Under the pieces are notes generated by a model. The model searched no databases and had not been told where the DNA came from. It was given only the letters and a program-made list of their open reading frames with translations. The position numbers and the translations under genes are program-made. A stretch of DNA of 64,000 nucleotides from contig CATNEN010000007.1 in the NCBI GenBank assembly GCA_950097015.1, positions 6,696,001 to 6,760,000 on the forward strand, written 5' to 3'. This DNA comes from Macrostomum hystrix (lineage: Eukaryota; Animalia; Platyhelminthes). Below are positions 60,275 to 64,000 of this stretch, piece by piece; within the stretch, counting starts at the first letter, position 1, and every line of letters starts with the position of its first letter.

Positions 60275-60652
60275 ATGGAGTCAACCGAAGGAGCCAAGAA
60301 AAGCAAAGCGTGTATCTCTGCTCTGCTTCCGGGCCTGATGCACGCTGCAATCGTTGGCCTCGTAATGAGGCTGTCCAAAATCAAGGACTTTGAAGGCAAA
60401 AGAGGACCAGGCCAAGTGTTTTCCTTTATCCTCTGTGACGACACCGGCGATATACGTGTAAGCGTGTTCGGAAAGGATCTTAAGCCTTTCCTGGAGGTGT
60501 GTCGTGAGGGCGTCGCCGTCCGCATATCCGGCGGCTGGGTGAAGAAGGCGGATCCCAGGTACAGCACTACGGACAATGAGCACGAGCTAACAGTTTCCCC
60601 AGTGAATGCCTCTGACCAGCAGTGCAGAGTAAAGCAAGCCAACAAGCAGTAG
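60275..60652 (+). CDS. Single OB-fold ssDNA-binding protein, RPA70 DBD-A-like (125 aa)
   Basis: GQVFSFILCDDTGDIRVSVF...V.ISGGWVKKADPRYSTTDNEHELT matches the RPA1 OB-fold pattern GKLFS..L.DESGEIR.TAF...K.ANK.F....N.YE.T. Intact ORF. Confidence 0.82.
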   Translation: MESTEGAKKSKACISALLPGLMHAAIVGLVMRLSKIKDFEGKRGPGQVFSFILCDDTGDIRVSVFGKDLKPFLEVCREGVAVRISGGWVKKADPRYSTTDNEHELTVSPVNASDQQCRVKQANKQ

Positions 60653-62574
60653 GATTGACACCATTATTCTTGCAGTCAAATGCAATGACCTGTGCAATGA
60701 TACTGTCTTGTTGGCGGAGCCTTCTGCAAGTTCATCATGTTTACTGTTTGTGGGTAATATTTTTAGGTGCAATGCAATTCTTTATTTTTTCATTGAACTG
60801 AATTCTCTACATTTGGAGTTTGTTTTCTTATAACGTCATAATGATATGTATTTGTATAATAATAAATTTGTCAGATGCTCACTCAATTGTTGTTGTTTTG
60901 TTGTTTTCAATGTGTTTTGCAATTGAAGAAATACAAAAAATGTTTCAGTGGACAAAGACCAGTCCCATGATTCATGAATCTGCACACCTGGTACCTGCCT
61001 TATTCTATTTTAAAAGATAATTTGTCAGGCATGCATTTATAATGAAGAATGATACAAAATGGATTACTAAGAAAAGAGGTCAGATGAGAAATAGGATCTG
61101 ATCACAACTGGAATCATTAAGAAAAAGAAAGGAGATTAGAAATTGATCCATTGATACTTAATTAGCCATTGATATTAGCTAACCATTTTGAACTATCAAA
61201 ATGGGATCTAATTTGAAATAGACTTTTATGTCATATAGGATTTGATTCAAAATAAGATTTGACAATGTGTATGAGGCATATAAGAAAAGAGAAGTCTGCT
61301 GAGGAGTGCGACTAGAAAAGAAAGGGGGAATTTAGCATGATAATATATATCATATATCATGCCTATATATAGCCTATGTTAGCTTTATTAAAAGTGTCAA
61401 ACCAAAGGTCGAAGGATGTAGCTCCAGTTGCTTTTGCAAAGTCCATTCACAATGAGATAGCTGCATTGAACTGACTCTTTAAGTCATTTATTGCCTCAAT
61501 CAAGGGCAATAGTTGCAATGCTGAGCTACTTATTGTTCGGAACATTGCAGTCGCAGTTAGTACGATGAGCAGGGCTAAGAAATTCACTTACAAATGAAGA
61601 AAGTAAAAAATTTCTCGGGATGTGTATAAAACTGTAGTACACATGACGACATGAGCAATACAAGCAACAAGAAAATCGGAATAAAGCAAGTAATTTCTCG
61701 GAAAGTCGCAATTTCTTGGAATAACATTTGATTTATTTTAAGTAACAACTAGAAAAGTGCTCTTAACAGTTTTATGAATAAAATAAATAAGATAATTTTT
61801 ATCAAACACGTTGACATATACAGAGCTCTAAACTAAAAAACTGTAAAAAGTTGATAGTTTTGTTTTACCTAAAATGCGTTATTAACGATCTCCAAAAATT
61901 CATATTTTAACCTTAAGCTTAAGAAAGACACTTAAAGTACTCCTGCTAAAAGGTATATATTAGACGAATATTAATTATTTCTGCTCCCCGAAGGGGGGCA
62001 AAACTTGCTAGTCTTATATACTAAAAATGAAATGCTTGCTTGGTTGCTTGTAATTGATTTTCTTCCGAACGGCTCAACCGATTTTCACCATTTCTTCACC
62101 AAAATATGCCAAATATGGGCAGAATTTTACACGTATTTTTAATAAGCTTAACTTCATTGTTAAGGGGATTAAATATTCGAAAAACTGTTTTAGATAGGAT
62201 TTTTAATGCATTACATCAGAGCCAGTTTTGTCAATGTGCGTTCCGCTGCCAATTTTAATGATTGCATCAGGGCCAGTTTTGTTAATAGTGAGTACACTGA
62301 TAAGAATTTCACTGTGTCAAATGTACATAGCTATGTCAACCCCACTGACGAGACAGTCAGTACGAATTTATAAATAGATTACATCACAGCTTTTCTCACC
62401 CGTGTGTGTGTGTGTGTTTGATTTGAATAGGTAAAATGTGCATAGCAGACTTCAATTCAACGATATATTGAGACATCTACTCCTTTCTTACTACAACATA
62501 TAAATCATCAAATCTTTAACAAAATTTCAATCGAGAAAAGTGTCCAACAGTTTTTTAAATGTCCTACAGTTTTC

Positions 62575-63180
62575 TACATGTGTTTACCACTATTCTAAAT
62601 GTGTTTACCAGTATTCTAAATGTGTTTACCAGTATTCTAAACGTGTTTACCAGTATTCTAAATGTTTTTACCAGTATTCTAAATGTTTTTAACCGTATTT
62701 TAAATGTGTTTACCAGTATTCTAAATGTGTTTACCAGTATTCTAAATGTTTTTACCAGCATTCTAAATGTGTTTACCAGTATTCTAAATGTGTTTACCAG
62801 TATTCTAAAAGTGTTTACCAGTATTCTAAATGTTTTTACCAGTATTCTAAATGTGTTTACCAGTATTCTAAATGTGTTTACCAGTATTCTAAATGTGTTT
62901 ACCAGTATTTTAAATGTGTTTACCAGTATTCTAAATGTGTTTACCAGTATTCTAAATGTGTTTACCAGTATTCTAAATGTGTTTACCAGTATTCTAAATG
63001 TTTTTAACCGTATTTTAAATGTGTTTACCAGTATTCTAAATGTGTTTACCAGTATTCTAAACGTGTTTAACAGTTTTCTAAAACTGGGTCTCGGTATTCT
63101 AAATGTGTTTTATAGTTCTCTAAATGTGTCTAAAAGTTTTCTAAGTGTGGATTAACTGCTTTCTAAATGTGTTTACCAGT
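62575..63180 (+). repeat. 21-bp minisatellite (GTGTTTACCAGTATTCTAAAT)
   Basis: Directly visible tandem array. Confidence 0.97.
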
Positions 63181-63185
63181 TTTCT

Positions 63186-63715
63186 TTGCTGCTGGTGGGA
63201 ATTACTGCTCTGCTGCTGGGGGGGAATTACTGCTCTGCTGCTGGGGGGATTACTGCTCTGCTGCTGGGGGGGAATTACTGCTCTGCTGCTGGGGGGGGGA
63301 ATTACTGCTCTGCTGCTGGGGAGGAATTACTGCTCTGCTGCTGGGGGGAATTACTGCTCTGCTGCTGGGGGGGAATTACTGCTTTGCTGCTGGGGGGGAA
63401 GACTGCTCTGCTGCTGGGGGAATTACTGCTCTGCTGCTGGGGGGGAATTACTGCTTTGCTGCTGGGGGGGATTACTGCTCTGCTGCTGGGGGAATTACTG
63501 CTTTGCTGCTGGGGGGGGGGGATTACTGCTCTGCTGCTGGGGGAATTACTGCTTTGCTGCTGGGGGGGATTACTGCTCTGCTGCTGGGGGAATTACTGCT
63601 CTAGCTGCTGCTGGGGGGGAATTACTGCTTTGCTGCTGGGGGGGGATTACTGCTCTGCTGCTGGGGGAATTACCGCTTTGCTGCTGGGGGGGAATTACTT
63701 CTCTGCAGCTGGGGA
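63186..63715 (+). repeat. ~22-26-bp G-tract minisatellite (G5-10 AATTACTGCTCTGCTGCT)
   Basis: Directly visible tandem array with a variable G run. Confidence 0.97.
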
Positions 63716-64000
63716 GACACTGGTTTTTTACTGCTGAGGGGATAGTTTTGACATGTACTTAAGTAGCATTAAGCTGAGTTGTATCAAACGTAAGTTACTT
63801 GTGTAATTTTGCCCCGATGGGGCTCTTGGTGTACAGACTGAATGTCTCAGACAGACTATTTTTGTATTTAGTGAGAATTCAAATTTTCGTTGAATCGCAA
63901 TCACATACGAGTGTATATTTGCAATCAGGGAAATTAATACTGACGACATGAGTTTTCATTTTTGTTTGCTTTCAGGTTTATTTTGTCCTTCTGCATTACA

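Larger units (their letters stand above)
45448..62011 (+). mobile_element. Complete, apparently autonomous Helitron H2 (16,564 bp)
   Basis: 5' TCCACTATACTAAAAATG plus (CTTG)n; 3' hairpin at 61982-62000 plus CTAG at 62008-11; intact Rep-helicase gene inside. Confidence 0.92.
62012..64000 (+). mobile_element. 5' part of a third related Helitron (H3), running off the window
   Basis: TCTTATATACTAAAAATG... ~175 bp very similar to the H2 5' end, then the shared promoter block, then different minisatellites. Confidence 0.85.

Noticed and set aside
62559-63762. Long ORFs 62559-63155, 63145-63762, 63167-63604, 63186-63737
   Set aside because: Translations of stop-free minisatellites, open in several frames.

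Overview
Eukaryotic, almost entirely transposon-derived 64 kb. No conventional host gene, rRNA, tRNA or CRISPR array was recognised. A near-exact match to the Macrostomum spliced-leader sequence (recalled from memory) suggests a flatworm host. Left to right: a Polinton/Maverick remnant (integrase C-terminus split by a 5'-truncated LINE, followed by an adenovirus pX-like ORF); a frameshifted ORF resembling influenza-type nucleoprotein with a spliced-leader copy just upstream of its ATG; a defective minus-strand Helitron (H1); a decayed EnSpm/CACTA element; a solo LTR; a near-intact piggyBac; a full-length Ty3/Gypsy element with apparently identical LTRs, a -1 frameshift signal, a disrupted pol and an intact extra ORF3; nested CACTA-type elements; a second solo LTR; MULE and mariner remnants; and a head-to-tail run of three related Helitrons. 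The middle one (H2, 45448-62011) appears complete. It carries an intact 9-exon OTU/Zn/Rep/Pif1 gene (~1763 aa by manual splicing), an RPA-like OB-fold gene, a divergent zinc-knuckle/polyQ ORF and several related minisatellites. All homology calls were made by eye from motifs; no database search was run.
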